A stretch of 64,000 nucleotides of DNA, taken from NCBI GenBank assembly GCA_001179505.1, contig CDMY01000449.1:1-64000 (forward strand). Direction: 5' to 3'. Every line of letters starts with the position of its first letter. The first letter of the stretch is position 1. Made by a program: the position numbers and the translations under genes. The DNA is from Vitrella brassicaformis CCMP3155. Its lineage: Eukaryota; Protista; Chromerida. Shown here piece after piece: positions 1 through 13,730 of this stretch. The notes beneath the pieces were generated by a model. It did not search any database, was not told where the DNA came from, and saw only the letters and a list, made by a program, of their open reading frames with translations.

Positions 1-292
1 CGTGATCCCCCCGACCCGCTGGGCGCTTGGACGGGCGCCAGGGGTGTTGGAGGTTGGTCTCCCGCGGCAGATGGCTGTGGGCGAGGCTCCTCCGAGTATG
101 CGCGGGGCGAGGCCGGGCCGGAAGCCCGTTTCACGGAATGCCGATTGCGAGCTTAGAACTGCGAGATGAAAAGCACAAGGAGGGGATGAATGCCAAGACA
201 GCCTCCCCTGGTCAGTCTGAGAATGAAGTTGCTTGGGATCTGAGCCACGACGGTAGCATCCGAGAGCAAAGGAGCTCGTTGTTGCAGCATTG

Positions 293-3200
293 ATGGTTCT
301 GCGCCACATCGTCGCCCTCTCTGTGGTGCTCATCTTCGTCCTCCACACACTCGTCTCGTCAGCCGCCCTCCTGCACCCCAGAAGAGGCACCCGCACGGCC
401 AGACCGCCGCCCTCTCTCTTCCTCCTTCTCCCCCATCCCATGATCATCCACGCGCGGCGGCGGCGCAGGCGGCCGACAGAGAGGGCGGTTCGCTGCTCGG
501 CCGTGTCTGAGCGGACAAAGTCCCTCGACGCTCTCACGGCGACGGCTACAGTGCCAGCAGATCATCGGGGTGGTGGAGTGGTGCTGGACATCGGCAGTGT
601 GGTGGAGGGCATTGGGCATGTGACGGGCAGCCGCATGCACGCCTATGAGAGGAGGAGGGAGCGGGAGAGGGGTCAGATGGAGAGGAGGGAGCGAGGGAAG
701 GATGTGGCCTTTGAGGCGCACGCCAAGATCCAGAAGAGGCTGGTGGCTGCCCAGCGGCCCAAAGAGGTAAGTAAGGGTGGTGGGCCCAGTCAATGGCAGG
801 CGAAAGCTGCACGTCGGGTATGGTGTGGTGTGGTGTGGTGTGTTGTGCTGTGTGAGTGAAGGTGCTGCGTTTGGTCGAGAAGCACCTGGAGTACTTCAAC
901 GATGTCAACGCCATTACAGCAGTACACAGGTCGGTCGGTGGGGTCAGTCAGCCGGTCATCCAAAGAAAGAAAGCATCACAACAAAGGAAACAAACGAAGA
1001 AAGCCACTTTCTTCTTCCCCTGCGCACATGCGTCAGGTTGGCCAAGATGCAGAAGGACAAAGGCTTCAGCATCAAGAAGAAGAGCCCGACAGTCCGGCAC
1101 ACCACCGACCACCAACACCGTCATCCAGCCAGGGAGGGTGGCGAGTCAGCGCTCGAGCAGGAGGTGCGCTCTCTCACGGCAGCTGGCATGGAAGCACCGA
1201 CGCCGGCCATTGTGGCGCGCAATGGGTCGAGGGGCGTGTCAGTGGACCAGCTGCCCGAGAACCCGACAACGGGCCAGTTGCTGGAGTCGGGGGTGTTCCA
1301 GCTGCTGATGGAACGACTGGACGTCGTGAGCAGCAGGGCGGGGGGAGACGACAGGCAGAATGGCGAGGCGACAGGGCACGTCCACACACGACATGTGAAT
1401 GTATGTGTGGTTTGCTCACAGGCGATCGACCGCTGCTGGTGGGATGCGCGGTCAGCTGTCAATCTCGCCTGGTCAATGGCCTCACTGCAGGTAGCACCAC
1501 GGACGCACCCACTCATCCACAGGCACACCGATCTGTGCACTTGTGGACGTCTGTGTGTGCGGTGTCGTTTGATCGCAGTTGCCCCCCTCGGCCATGTTTG
1601 AGGAGCTGCTGTTTGGTGCCTGCCATCTGCACATCGACGGCATGGTGCCTCAGGGCTTGGCGAACCTAGCCTGGGTCATCGCCAAGACCAACACACACAG
1701 CAAGGTACTGACGATAGCACAAAGTGAGCATCACCACCCCTTACCCCTTACCCCCCTCCACCTCTCTGTGTGTCATTCAGGAGCTGCTAGAGGCCCTCGG
1801 TGGTCGCGTCATCGATCTGCTGTCGGTGGCCGACAGTGAGTTTGAGCCCCGGCAGCTGGCCAACATCGCATGGGCCTTCGGACACTTCACCAAGGAAGGT
1901 GCGCTGGCGCCCGCTCTCCGCGACCGAGTGTTCGACAGCATCGCACACGAGGCCATCCTGCGACTGCGGCGGAACCAGGTGGGCAGATGGGATGTAGGTA
2001 GGTGGGGTGGGTTGGTGTGGATGTGGTGTGTGCCCGGTGATGAGACCTTACACATGTTGAGGTCGCCGATTTGTCTGTGCTGACCTGTGGCCCTCGAGAG
2101 GGGGTGAAGGGGGCACAGATGCCCGTGATTCTATCGGATTATGAGAGCTGAGGGACGATACTGTGTTTAGACAGACACGGAGACCTGCATGCTCCATGCT
2201 GTGACGTCTCGTGGTGCGTGTTGATGCGTCGCTGGATGGATTGGCCTTTCTGTGTGTGTGTATGTGTGTGTTTGGATGCAGGTCTTCCCTGCGCAAGCCC
2301 TGTCATCTCTTCTGTGGGGATTCTCCACAGCCAAAATATGGTACGCCCGAGAGGAGCCAGTGAGCCAGCACCCACTCACACACCCCAAAAAAAGCCACAC
2401 TCTCTCTCTGCGTTCATCGTCCGATTGCTAGGTGTGAGGAGCTCTTTGACCTGGCCAGCGAGCATGCCTCGGCACTTTTGCCCGACATGGCGCCCTACGG
2501 CCTGGTAACGCTCACCAAGGCATACTCCAAGGCCATCGACATACCCGAGGTGCGGCAATACGGCGGCAACCAACACGACGGCCGGGAGCAGGCCCACTGG
2601 ACCTCGCCGACCCTCATTGATGACGGATCAGGGATGAGGTTAGCGGGAGCAGGGGAGAGAGGTGGCTCTGGGTGGGTAGTTGATCGATGCCTGTGTCCTT
2701 GTATGTGTGTGTGTTGTATCAGCTTGTGGGCGTCAGCCCCCAGGCGTCCAGAGCCGCTCCCCCGGCCAGCCGACAAGCGATACCCCCACGCCATCCACAA
2801 ACTGCTCAGGTAATTAAGGAGAGAAGGCGACAGACACTCGCCGTTTACCTGCACTCTTGCCCGTTTGTGTTTCCCCTCAGTGGGGTGGCGAGTGAAGTGA
2901 AGCATCGCCTCTCTGAGTCGCCGGGTTCCATCGCCCCTGTGGACATCAAGGACATCACCTGGGCGTTCGCGGCCGCCGGTGAGTAGAACAATTGCCACAC
3001 ATGACGCGCACCGAACACCCGCCCACACATCGACATCGACGTGGTTGGTGCGGACCTGCGTGAGCTGCAGGGTGGAAGGATCGTGAGCTGTACGGGTGTC
3101 TGGCGGGTGCGTGCGGTCCCCATCTGCGTCGGATGGCGACTGACCACCTGGTGGTGCTCTTCCGCACCATGGCTGATGTGCAACTCGACGACCTCAGATT

Positions 3201-6200
3201 CTTCAAAACGTGGGCGAGACGATAAAACAGACAGAGGGAGGGAGGGAGGGAGGGAAGAAGAGGTATCGCGTATTGTGGTGTGGTTCTCTGACCCACAGGG
3301 CGTCGAGTGAGCTGCGGCGGCGGCTTCAGGACTTGGAGCTGAAGCACCTCCCATACATCATCTGGGCCTATGGAAAGGTCAGCTCAGCCAGGCACCCCAT
3401 CCCTTGAACCACGCCACGCCTTGGTCTGCATCTATCGTGTGCTGTGGTTCTTGTGGCTGTGGCTGTGGCTGTTGTGTTGCCTGCAGCTGTCCCTGTTGGA
3501 CAGTGGGTTGATCTCCGGTGTGCTGCCCCGCGTGTGCGCCAACATGGCCGCATATGAGCTGCACCAGCTGGTCATGATCGCATGGGGCCTCGCATGCCTC
3601 AGGTGGAAGGTAAGGTTACCAAGAAGGGTGGACACAACGCCCACCATGCCACCGAAACACCCATTCGCGTGTGGGTCATGTGTTTAGGACGAGGAGTTCT
3701 TCCGCCTGTTGGCTGACCTGGTGGTGGAGAGCAGCGGACAGCTGCAGGACAACGGTGGTGGCCCCATGCCCCTCAAGCCCGCCCAGCAGGGCCTCATTGC
3801 GTGGGCGTTCGCCTTCTCGGGGGTGGCCGACGACCGGCTGTTCAGCACTCTGGCGGCTGCAGTGTGTGAGCAGAGCCAGCTGGACGAGTACACGACCTGG
3901 ACGCTGTGCCTGCTGCTGTGGTCCTATGTCACCCTCGACCTGCACCGATACTACGCCCAAATGATCACGTAAGGTGGTGGATGGTGGATGGATGGATGGA
4001 TGGATCATGGCGAGCGCGGCATTGGCTCCATTTGTGTTGTGTTGGTCTGGGATTCGTTCAGGTTGGTGTTGGCTGAGCTGGACCGCCGGCCGCTGAGTGA
4101 GTTCTCGCCCAGAGATGTGCTCCAGCTCGTGGATGCACTGGCAAAGGTAAAGCCACCTTAGTGTGTTACCCAAACCGGGCGCAATTCTGGTGCATGCTCG
4201 TCGTCAGGGCGGGATGCGCCCCGAGAGCCTTCTGCGTGGTCTTGTGGCCAAAGTGCGGAGAGACCTGGCCGTATACGCCATCACGGTGAGCCGCACGGGC
4301 TACAAGAGTCCACACATCAATCATGCGAGTGCGGGCCTGTGTGTGTGTGTGTGTGTGTGCGTGTGCGTGTGCGTGTAGGATTTGATCTTTCTGCTGTACG
4401 GGCTGGTCCGTCTGGACCTGTGGGATGAGAGCATCGGCCAGATCGTCTGCTTCAGAGCCACCAAGGCCATGCAACTCAAGGTGAGTGGTCGAGTACACGT
4501 CCATGCCGTCCGTCCGTCCGTCGTATATGTGTGTGTGTGTGTGTGTGGCAGGACACGTCCCCCCGCGCCTTGGCGCTGCTCGCCCGCACCTGCACTGTCG
4601 TGGGCTACCACCAACACGACTTCCTTAAAGTCAGTCAGTAATCTGACAGAGGAGCAGAATGCAGCCACATTATGCAGGTGTCATCTTTCGCTTCTTCCCC
4701 AGGCGTACTTCAACCGGCTCGTGGCGGACGTGAGTGCCGGCGCCTGTGGTGATGATGACCTCTCGCAGTCACTGGGCGCGCTGAGGGATCTCGACACCAC
4801 ACAGTCAGCACCATAGACTGGCAGCCACTCTAGGGCGGCGGACACGGCAGCGGTGTGTGTGTGTGTGTGTGTGTGTCTGGTTGGGTGTGCAGGTATGGTT
4901 GTGTGTTGGATCAGCTGGCTGATGCGATCCTCGAGCGCTGCAAGAGGAAGGAGTCGGACGCCAGCGTCCTCGCCAACCTCGCGTGGACGCTGCACAAGGT
5001 GAGGGAGGGAGTGAGTGAGACACAACGACATGAACTGACTGACCATGGTTGTCGTGTGTGTCTGTTGGGTTGGGTGCAGTGTTCCATGCTTGGGACTGGC
5101 GAGCGCGCCGACCGGATGGCCCAGATCGCCCTGCCCATCCTGCCACACTTCACAATACAGGTTCGCACACGCCTCGACGCTGGCCAGCCAGACCTTCCCA
5201 CCTCACACACTCCTGTGCTGTGCTGTGCTCTCCCGCCCTCCCTCCCTATCCTGCAGGAGCTGAGTGGCCTGCTGGTGGCGTACGGCCGGTGCTCAGGCCC
5301 TCTTGCCGAGTCGCTGGTGGACGGCATCGCCATGCAGGCGGTGGAGCGGTGGCCAGAGGTGCAGAGTGCGGGCAGGGCGGGGGTGTTCATCTCATACCTG
5401 CCCAGGATCGCCGTCAGCCTCAGCGTGACCGGCGGAGACCCCACCAGGTGCGTTGTGTGCAACCAATGCAGAGGCGTCTTGGGCGGGGATTTGCATCTTT
5501 TGTTTTGTTTTGTTTTGTTTTGTTGTGTGTAGGCTTCCGTCGTTTGAGCTGTTCCGGCTGGCTGCTGATACGCTGAAGGCCTCGCCGACCCTCGTCAGGT
5601 ACACTACACTCACACATTGGGAGAAAGACGTTTTGTGACCCATCGTGCGTGTGCAGGGGTGACAGATTGCCTGGTGTGCTCGACTGCCTGGACTATTTCG
5701 GTCTCATCGACCAAGTAAGGCTCGCAGACACAACAAACAGGGGGCTCTCATCGGCTGTGCTGTGCACTGATGCGGGCTGGGCTGCCTGGCCGTTCGTGTC
5801 TTACGTATGGCAGGGGTGGGCCGAGTCGTTCATGGCAGCCATGACACCTCAGTAAGCGGATTAATCAAGACACATACAATCAACACGTCAACACTCACTC
5901 GGGCTTTTCATGATGTATGTCAGTGTGTCCACCTTGACGTTCCGCGATTGGGCCAAAATCCTCCCACGCATCGTCGACCTCTCATCACCCCAATACCTCA
6001 CACACGAGGCAGACACCCTCCAAGCAGCCCCCGCCGTCTCCCCCACCGGCCCCCAGCACGGCCTCCTCACGGCCGTGGGTGCGTGGGTCGGCTCGTTGGA
6101 CCTCACAGCCTCAGACACCTTCGCACACCCATCTCGACAATGGGAGCGGGAGCACCCGGTGAGTGCGAGCGAGCTGGCGGCTGTGTTGTGGCCTGTGCTG

Positions 6201-6368
6201 CTGGTGGTGGACCCGCGTGAGGAGGGGATGGATGGAGTGCGGCGGCTGATAGAGATGGTGGTGGTGCGGGTGCATGAGGTGCCCAGTGAGACGATCGGCC
6301 GGCTGACGAGTGCCTGGAGGAGCCGGGGGCTGCCACGGCTGAGGGCCCTCAGCAGTGGGGGAGAGTGA
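293..6368 (+). CDS. Multi-exon helical-repeat (OPR/HPR, FASTK-like) RNA-binding protein with signal peptide plus transit-like leader
   Basis: ATG 293 gives MVLRHIVALSVVLIFVLHTLVSSAALL (hydrophobic signal) followed by an R/P/S-rich stretch. Successive GT-AG exons give recurrent motifs ARSAVNLAWSMA, PQGLANLAWVIA, PRQLANIAWAFG, IKDITWAFAAAG, LKHLPYIIWAYG, LHQLVMIAWGLA, QQGLIAWAFAFS, ASVLANLAWTLH. Last exon ends at stop 6366-6368. Confidence 0.75.
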
Positions 6369-6941
6369 GAGGCTGAGGGAGGGAGTTGGAGGCACTGACT
6401 GGTACAGTGCCATGGTGAGGGAGTGGTGTACAGCGCTCTGAGAGAAATGAAGGGTAGAGGGGCAGAGGGGCAGAGGAGTTGGGCGGCTGCCTGTCGATGG
6501 ATGGATGGATGGATGGGGTGACAGTTTTTGTGTCCATTGATCGACCTCTGTCTGTCTGTATAGTGAGCGAGAGTGGAAGAGATACAGATAGATGTACAGG
6601 AAGCCGGCGCTGGTGTAGAGGAGAGGCTGTGATGGATTGGTTTTGAGACGGCTCTGCAGTCGTTCGTTGCCTAGGGACTGACTGACTGCAATGCTCTTGC
6701 GAAGAAGAAATGACCACAAATGACATACATCAGCTCTGCGTCGGTGGGAGTCTCAGTGAATGGCTCAATCAGCCAATCAGTCTGTCTACCTGTCGCCATG
6801 AGCAAGGCCTACACGCACTCTGCCCGCCGACTCTCTGACCCACTGTACAGGCACCACCACCAAAACCATGGCAGCAATCTCACTCACACACATGTCCGTC
6901 TCTTTGTCAAATCACTCACACCACCGAAGAGCAACCATTCT

Positions 6942-8381
6942 TCACTCCCAGCCTCCCTGCTGGCCGTCAGCCTTCGGCATCGACTGGCTCCCGTCAGACC
7001 CTGCTGACGTCTTCTGGTGCGTGCCCTGGCCCTTGATAAAGGGCAGCTGGTCCTTGATGCGCTCGATGAGGACCTTCTTGGTGCCTGTCACCTGACCGAC
7101 AGACACAGCAGCACAGCAGAAGAAGTGTGGTGCATCGATACCCTCCCTGTCTGTAAGCTGCGTGGATGGACGGATGGATGGATGGATGTGTGGGTCACCT
7201 GGAGGTGCTGAGCACGCGCGAACGCCTTCAGAGCGCCAGCCTGCAGCCCTATGATGCTGCCGTCCGCAATCATCTCCTGCACACACACACACACACACAC
7301 GTGTCAATGAATGTACACACAGCGTGAATCGTCGCCTCTGTGCTGACTGACTGACCTCCATTGCGGCCATGCTTGGGGGTGGGGGGGGCGGCTGAGACTC
7401 CTCCCTTTTGCGCTTCTCGCCGGCGACCTTGGCCTTGGCCTTGCCTTTGGCCTTTGGCGCCGCCCTCCTCTTGCGGCGCCCGCTGTCGGCTCCCAGCAGC
7501 ACGGCGCGGACCTCCAGGGCACGGTCGAGGGCCTTGACGAGCCTCGCGTAGGTCAGGGGGGTGACCATCGTCACTTCACGAAAGAAGACCTCCTCGCTGT
7601 ATCTGTCCTGGGCAGGGAAGACGAAGATAAGGCAGTCGCGGTCCGGCTGCTTGTTCTCGCTGCTGGCAGCTCCGTCAGCGGTGTTGTCGTCGCCGCCGTC
7701 GTCAGCGGACTTGGACTTGGGTGTGGTGGGAAGCGGCCCCGTCCACTTGAGCTTGAAGCCCAGCTGCTTGGCGTCCCACCCCAGCCTCACAGAACCCCCC
7801 CTGGTGGTGCTGCCGTGGTTGGTGCCGAGGAGCGCCTTGATCATTTTCTTGGCCACCTCGACGGCGTGCTCCTCCGAAATAGTGCAGTCCGGTAGCTCAT
7901 CCTCCGACACCCGGTGGGCCTCCGCCACGTCCATGTCTATGCTGGCATCAGCTCCCACGGCCTCCATGACCTGGTCGATGCGGTCGCGGAGGTCTCTCGC
8001 TTCCTTGAGCTTCTCCACCACGCCACACACCACCTGATCAATCGTAGCAACACCAGCGCACCATCACTCAGACAGAGAGAGAGGGGGCAGGTCGGTTTTG
8101 CCCACCAGAAGGCCTTGCTTGTTGAGCATCAACACGCAGGACTGCGACGCTTCACGCAAGAGCACGACACGCTCCGGCTTGCTTCGCGGTTTCCTCTTCT
8201 TGGGGGCATCCGCAGCAGCAGGCTCCGCCGGTGGCTCTTCCTTGGGGTGGGAAGGCTCGATCTCCATCGCCAACAACGCGGCAGAGACAACTAGATAGAC
8301 GGCCGCGGACGCAGCACACGCAAGATCCAGGCTCCTCGCTGTCTGCTGAATACTTGAGCTCCCGGCAACGGTTTTACGCAT
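6942..8381 (-). CDS. Multi-exon protein with C-terminal SAP domain
   Basis: Spliced C-terminus LQAGALKAFARAQHLQ|VTGTKKVLIERIKD fits the SAP consensus (LxxxELKxxLxxxGLxxxGxKxxLIxRL). It is preceded by a K/R-rich linker. Start codon uncertain. Confidence 0.65.
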
Positions 8382-9344
8382 TGGCTAGGGCATGGCCCTC
8401 ACATGCATGGGTTCCTTCGTCGGTGTACCTTTGCAGCGACTCGTTCATTAGTCCATTGGACAAGTCGGTCGCATACAAACATACACAACACACACACACA
8501 CATACGCAACGTCACGTCACGGCTGTCATCACCGATCCGGTCACTCATGTGGGCACGTGTACGTATGCGTGGATACCTGGGCGAGTAAGCAGCCAAGGCT
8601 GAGCCAGCAGCGCCACAACTTCGCACCAAAATCTGTCTTGTCCATGTCCGTGACGGACGGACGCTGATCTTTGATCGCATCAGAGATGAGGCAGAAAAAG
8701 CCCCCTGCCTTGCTCGGTTCCCATCACCCGCCGCCACATCATGATTGATCATGTTGACATCCACCAAAGATCATCAGAGCGAAAAAAGCTCCCCGCATTC
8801 TCTCTACTGTACACATCCCTTATTCGTCTCGTCTCGTCTCTTCTCCTGCCTGCGTGGCCTTCACTCCAGCAAGGGCCAATGCAGGCTGCCAGCGGTGTTG
8901 CTGGCAACGTCCATCGGCCCCGTGCTGGCGGGAAGGGCACCATGACTGACAAGACGCAACAAGGCTCACTGCAATTCACAGACCACCCATAGGTAATGTT
9001 AATTCCTTCTGACTGACAAGGGGAGGGAGGGTGCCCAACAAACGGAAAGACAGTCCATCCATCCACCCACCACACGCACACGCACATCCGTACACGACAG
9101 ACTCGTCAAGACAAGTACGTCAGCCCGTCAGCCCGTCAGCCACCCACCCATGGAATGGATGGATGGCGTGCCATCAAAAATCGGCGGGCGACAGACGGTG
9201 GCGCTCTGGCAGTTGTCCTCAGAGGCCACACTCAACCAAACTACCTACCTACCACATCTAGCCCCCGTCCTCTCTCTCTCCTACGCTACACGCTGCCCCC
9301 ATCTAGCTACAGCAGCACTCCATCCGTACGTAAACAGACACGGC

Positions 9345-12300
9345 CTAGAGGTCGAGTCCCGGGCCTTTGTAGCGTGCCGCCTCGTCGGCCTGCCTGAGGT
9401 ACGTCCACAGACACCGGGCAAGGCCGGCCGCATCGATAATTCCGCCTGGCAAACAAACAAACACACAGGAGACCACACCCAGACAGACACGGGAGGGTGG
9501 GCGCGTGAGTGAGTGACTGTGCTGTCTATCTACTGACGCACCATTTTTTGCCCTCTGGCGGCGGATCAGCCGGATGCGGTCCAGCGTCTCCTGCTCGATC
9601 GACAAGACACGCACGCACAGACAGACAGACAGACAGACAGACAGATGGGCACATGTGGCTGGCCCCGCTCAGACAGCTGCCTGCCTGTAGCTAGCTAGCT
9701 ACGGCTCGCTCACCTGGATGTTGGCTTGTGTGATGGATGGGCGTTGCTCCTCAGTGGCCATGTCCACATCCTCATCAACGCGACAACGCTTGGCCGGACG
9801 AGCATCTGGACAACGAACACATCAACAGCCAAGGCAAGGCAAGGGACATGCACGCCGTTCCTCGCTTGTGTGTGTCGTGTGGGTTCACCCACGTACCTTC
9901 TCCGTATCTCAGGTCATCAAAAAATGTGACCCTGGCGTCCTTGATGCGCTCCTCCCCGCTGACGCCCTGCGTGCGCAGCCGCACGAGGAACCCATCGTCG
10001 ATGGCAAAGGGGCAGCGCACAACACACAGGCCCTCAGGCACATCACGGCGACACGAGAACACAAACGACACCTCACGCCCCTGCCCCTCGCCCTCTCCCC
10101 CTCCCCCTCCGACACGTGACTCTAGGGCAGCGAGCAGGGCCTCCCTGTGTGCCGCCTCTCTTTTGTCTGTCGCCTGTGTGTCTGACTCTGACAGGGCATT
10201 GTCGTCATCCGAGCAGTCACTAAAGGCGTCGAAAAAGTGCATGGTGCCATCCAGCTGCTGCGCTCCAATCTCGATGGGCAGGGGCTTCGTCGTGTGCTCC
10301 AGCAGGATCGTGTCGAGGCGTGGGTGAGCCTGGATGGCCCCCAGCACGTCGACGGCGAGCTCCTGGACACCGAACACATCGAAGCCGCTGCACTGCAGCG
10401 TCATGCGACAGACGCTATCGACGATGGTGCTGCCTGCCTCTTCCCCCTCTTGCTGCATCCCCCGCTGCTGCTGCTGCTGATCTGGTTGGCCTGTCCTGTG
10501 CACCACAAACAGCGAGCCCTCCTTCTTCCCCACACACCCACTCGCGTGAAAAAGGCGACCTCCGTGCACAGGTGCATCGGCCAGAAACGAGGGGACGGCC
10601 AAATGGGCCAGCCGAGCCAGCCGCCTGCCTGCCCCGTCCTCACCCTCTGGCTGTGCCTTCCTGACGCTAAAGACAATCTCCCTCAGCTGTGGGGTGAGTG
10701 TCCTGACTGCCTTGTGCACCGCATCCTTGCCCACGTCGAACGGGCCGGGGTCCGCCAAGTTGAGCACCTTGACGGCGGGGAACATCCTGGTCATGAGAGA
10801 CTCGGGCGGCTCGGGGAAGGGGGCCTCCCTGGTGGGCGAGTGCTCCAGGCACAGCACGGAGGCGCGCGAGAATCTGAGGGAGCGGATGAGGTCGAAGAAC
10901 TCCGTCGGCATGGGGGGCTGCTCACTCCCCAACAGCGAGGTGGGGAAGATGGCCTGCATTGCATTGTCACAAATGCATTCATTGAGTTGATCGCCTAAGG
11001 GCCCCCACCACCTCCCCCCAACTCACCTTGGTTGCGTATGATGCGAGGACCCTGACGGTGGGTGCCACTGTGTCGAATTCCTCGTTGTTGAAGTGGACCA
11101 TGCGCCTCACCGAGAGGGCCAGCTCGCTGCCGCTGTAGTCCTCTACGGCATCGGTAGCTAGCACATTGGTTCGGAACGTGTGCAGCTCCTGGGATGGCAT
11201 TGCAGGACACACACGCACACTGATCCATGGCATGGCACAAATCGAGTGGGATGCTGTCTGTCTGTCTGCTCCCGCCTCACCCGGACGTGCATCGACGTCA
11301 GTTTGTCGATCCTGAGTGTGGCCTGCAGCTTGACGATGCGCGGCTGAGCCCCCTCGTGGAGCCAGCTGTTGTAGAGCTCGCCCCTGCTCTCGTGTGAGCC
11401 GCGGAACACCACACCGCCGATGGAGTACAGCTTGGGCGACTTGCCGTAGCGGTCGGGGTCGAAGAAGTCGACGATGGTGGTCGCATCCTGACACACACCA
11501 CACACACAAACACGTCAGCTGAGCGGGTCGGGCAGGTGCCACGGTGGACTTCCGGCTGGTGCATACCGCCAGGCTCCAGCCAGGAAACTTGCGCTGGGCC
11601 CACTGAGCGATACACGCAGAGACGACAACGGGAAGGTGATCTGGCCGCCGGCTGGCTGTGTGCGTGCGTGTGTGGTTACAAGTTGATTCTGGTTGCTGAT
11701 GAGTTTGATGTCGACGAATCCGGAGTTCCTGACCCACCAGGTGGTGTGCCTCTCGGCGGCGCGGACCTCCTCGGGGGTGTACTGGATCCGTCCCTTGCGG
11801 AACTTGAGCTTGTTCTTGCCCCTTCGCCACGTGGGGACGGAGACCGTCATGAGCGTGTCACGCATCGACAGCTTCTCGAGGGCCCTGTCAGACGGACAGA
11901 CACACGCACAAGAGCAACCAACACGCGAGCAGCGAGAGACAGTGGGCATCCCAGTGACGTGCCTGCCCTGCCTGTGTTGGCTTACGTGAGCTGCCAGTTC
12001 CTGCGATATGCGACCCACACCCACAACCCGCCAACGTGCACGACCTGACACACACACGGACAGACAGACAGACGGACAGACAGACGTGTGGCCCCCATAA
12101 GCTTTTCTCCCTCCCTCCCTCCCTCCCCCCTCCCTCCCTGCTGACCTTGAGTTTGGGAAAGGGCACTGGCTTTTCGTTGCGTTTGTGTGGAGCGGCCTCC
12201 TCTTTCTTGCTGACTCCCTTGTCCTTGGGGAAGAAGGGCACTGTCTCCTTGGCGGAGCCCACACGCCCCGTGTCAGCCCACAGATACTCGATTTGCGTGG

Positions 12301-13640
12301 CGAACAAGCCCTCGACGAGGATGCTGAGCGAGTGGGTGTGCGGCGTCGTGATGGTCGCCTTGGTGACCGCAGCGAAGGTGGGCGTCCATGCGGCGATGGC
12401 CTTGGCTTTGGGGAAGAGGAACCTCTCGCTCGCAATGGTAGCTTCCGGGTGCATGGTGGGGTCGCGAGTCATGACGTGGAAGATGGGGTGCGCACGACCC
12501 AGGCTGCCGATCATCGGAACGACGCCTGCACACAGACCGACCAGCCTATATTTGCCCGTGCCTTTTGGTACGTCTGCGCGCACCCACCTAGCGAGGGTCC
12601 GATGAACTTGTAGAAGACCACCTCGGGCACGTCAAACAGACTTGGAGGGCAACCCTGATACACCAGCCACGCACAATATCGACACAGAACCACTCACTGA
12701 TAGCTGCCTGTCTGTCTTTTTGCGGGTGGAGTGTGGCTTGCCTTGAAGCGCTTCCAGTAGTCCCACTTGGCGTCGACGCTGTCGAGTCGCCCTTTGATGG
12801 TGTTATAGGCCTCCAGGAGCTTCCTGACGTCCTGTATGTTCTTCTTGACGGCACAGTCACGGAGCACCTCCACACCCCCATGCATGAAGGATCGGAACAT
12901 CTGATCAACAGCAGCAGCAAGAACAGAACAGCAAACCATCCACCACACGTGTGTGTGGTGTGTTGTCCATCCATCCATCGCCTGTCACCCACCTGCTGCT
13001 GCTTCCTCATTTCCTCCAGGTGCTGGTGATCCCGCCGCAGGAGCTTGACGTTGCTGATGCCCGGCAGCAGCCGCCTCACCTCCTTGAACCTCGCGCGCCG
13101 ATCCTTCTCCACGATCGCCAGCCGCTTGTCCAAATCCTTCAGATGTCTGCTGACATGACACACGATCGACTCGGCCTGAGGGTCAACAGCAAAGTCAGTG
13201 GCCACCGGTGAAAGACAAGGAATGTGTTGATTGATGCTGGTCGCCTCACCCTTCCTTTAGCTCTGTGGAGGCTGCTTCTGATCATCTGGCCTGTCACCTC
13301 GGCCGACAGATCTTCCTGCAGCGAAACATACATACCGACAGCAGACAGAACGGAATCACAATGGCGAGTCGACTTGAAAGAAAGGTGTCCACTCACTCAC
13401 CAATTTCTGCTGCCTCTCGGCCTCGCTATGGCAGGCATCAGCCGCGGCCATCTGCACTTCCAAGTCGGCACGGGCTTGCTGACGCTCAGCTCGCCGCCTC
13501 CTGTTGTAGAACGCCCGCACCCGCACCCGCAGATCGGCCAACCTTCTTGCTACGCTCGGCAGACAACAGCGTGCCTTGCGCCGCCTTCCGTGAGGTGCTC
13601 TCCGCCCCGTCCCTGGTGAAGATCCACTCAGATGAGCCAT
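9345..13640 (-). CDS. Multi-exon hypothetical protein with N-terminal coiled-coil
   Basis: Chain of open exons bounded by GT-AG and separated by microsatellite introns (e.g. RAERQQARADLEVQ..., HLKDLDKRLAIVEKDRR..., DATTIVDFFDPDRYGK..., AIFPTSLLGSEQ...). No domain recognised; both ends tentative. Confidence 0.5.
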
Positions 13641-13694
13641 CTCTGCCAATGATGGCCGTCCACTCCCTCACTCCCTCCCCTCACCAAGGGGAGA

Positions 13695-13730
13695 TCCCAG
13701 CTAGCTGGGAGCCGGTTAGGGTTAGGGTTT
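13695..13730. promoter_or_regulatory. 16-bp perfect palindrome next to a telo-box-like (TTAGGG)2TTT
   Basis: TCCCAGCTAGCTGGGA at 13695-13710 and TTAGGGTTAGGGTTT at 13716-13730, 55-90 bp upstream of the predicted ATG 13640 (- strand). Confidence 0.3.

Noticed and set aside
8400-9340. Short open frames between the SAP gene and the upstream hypothetical gene
   Set aside because: No consistent start or splice model; may be UTR or promoter.
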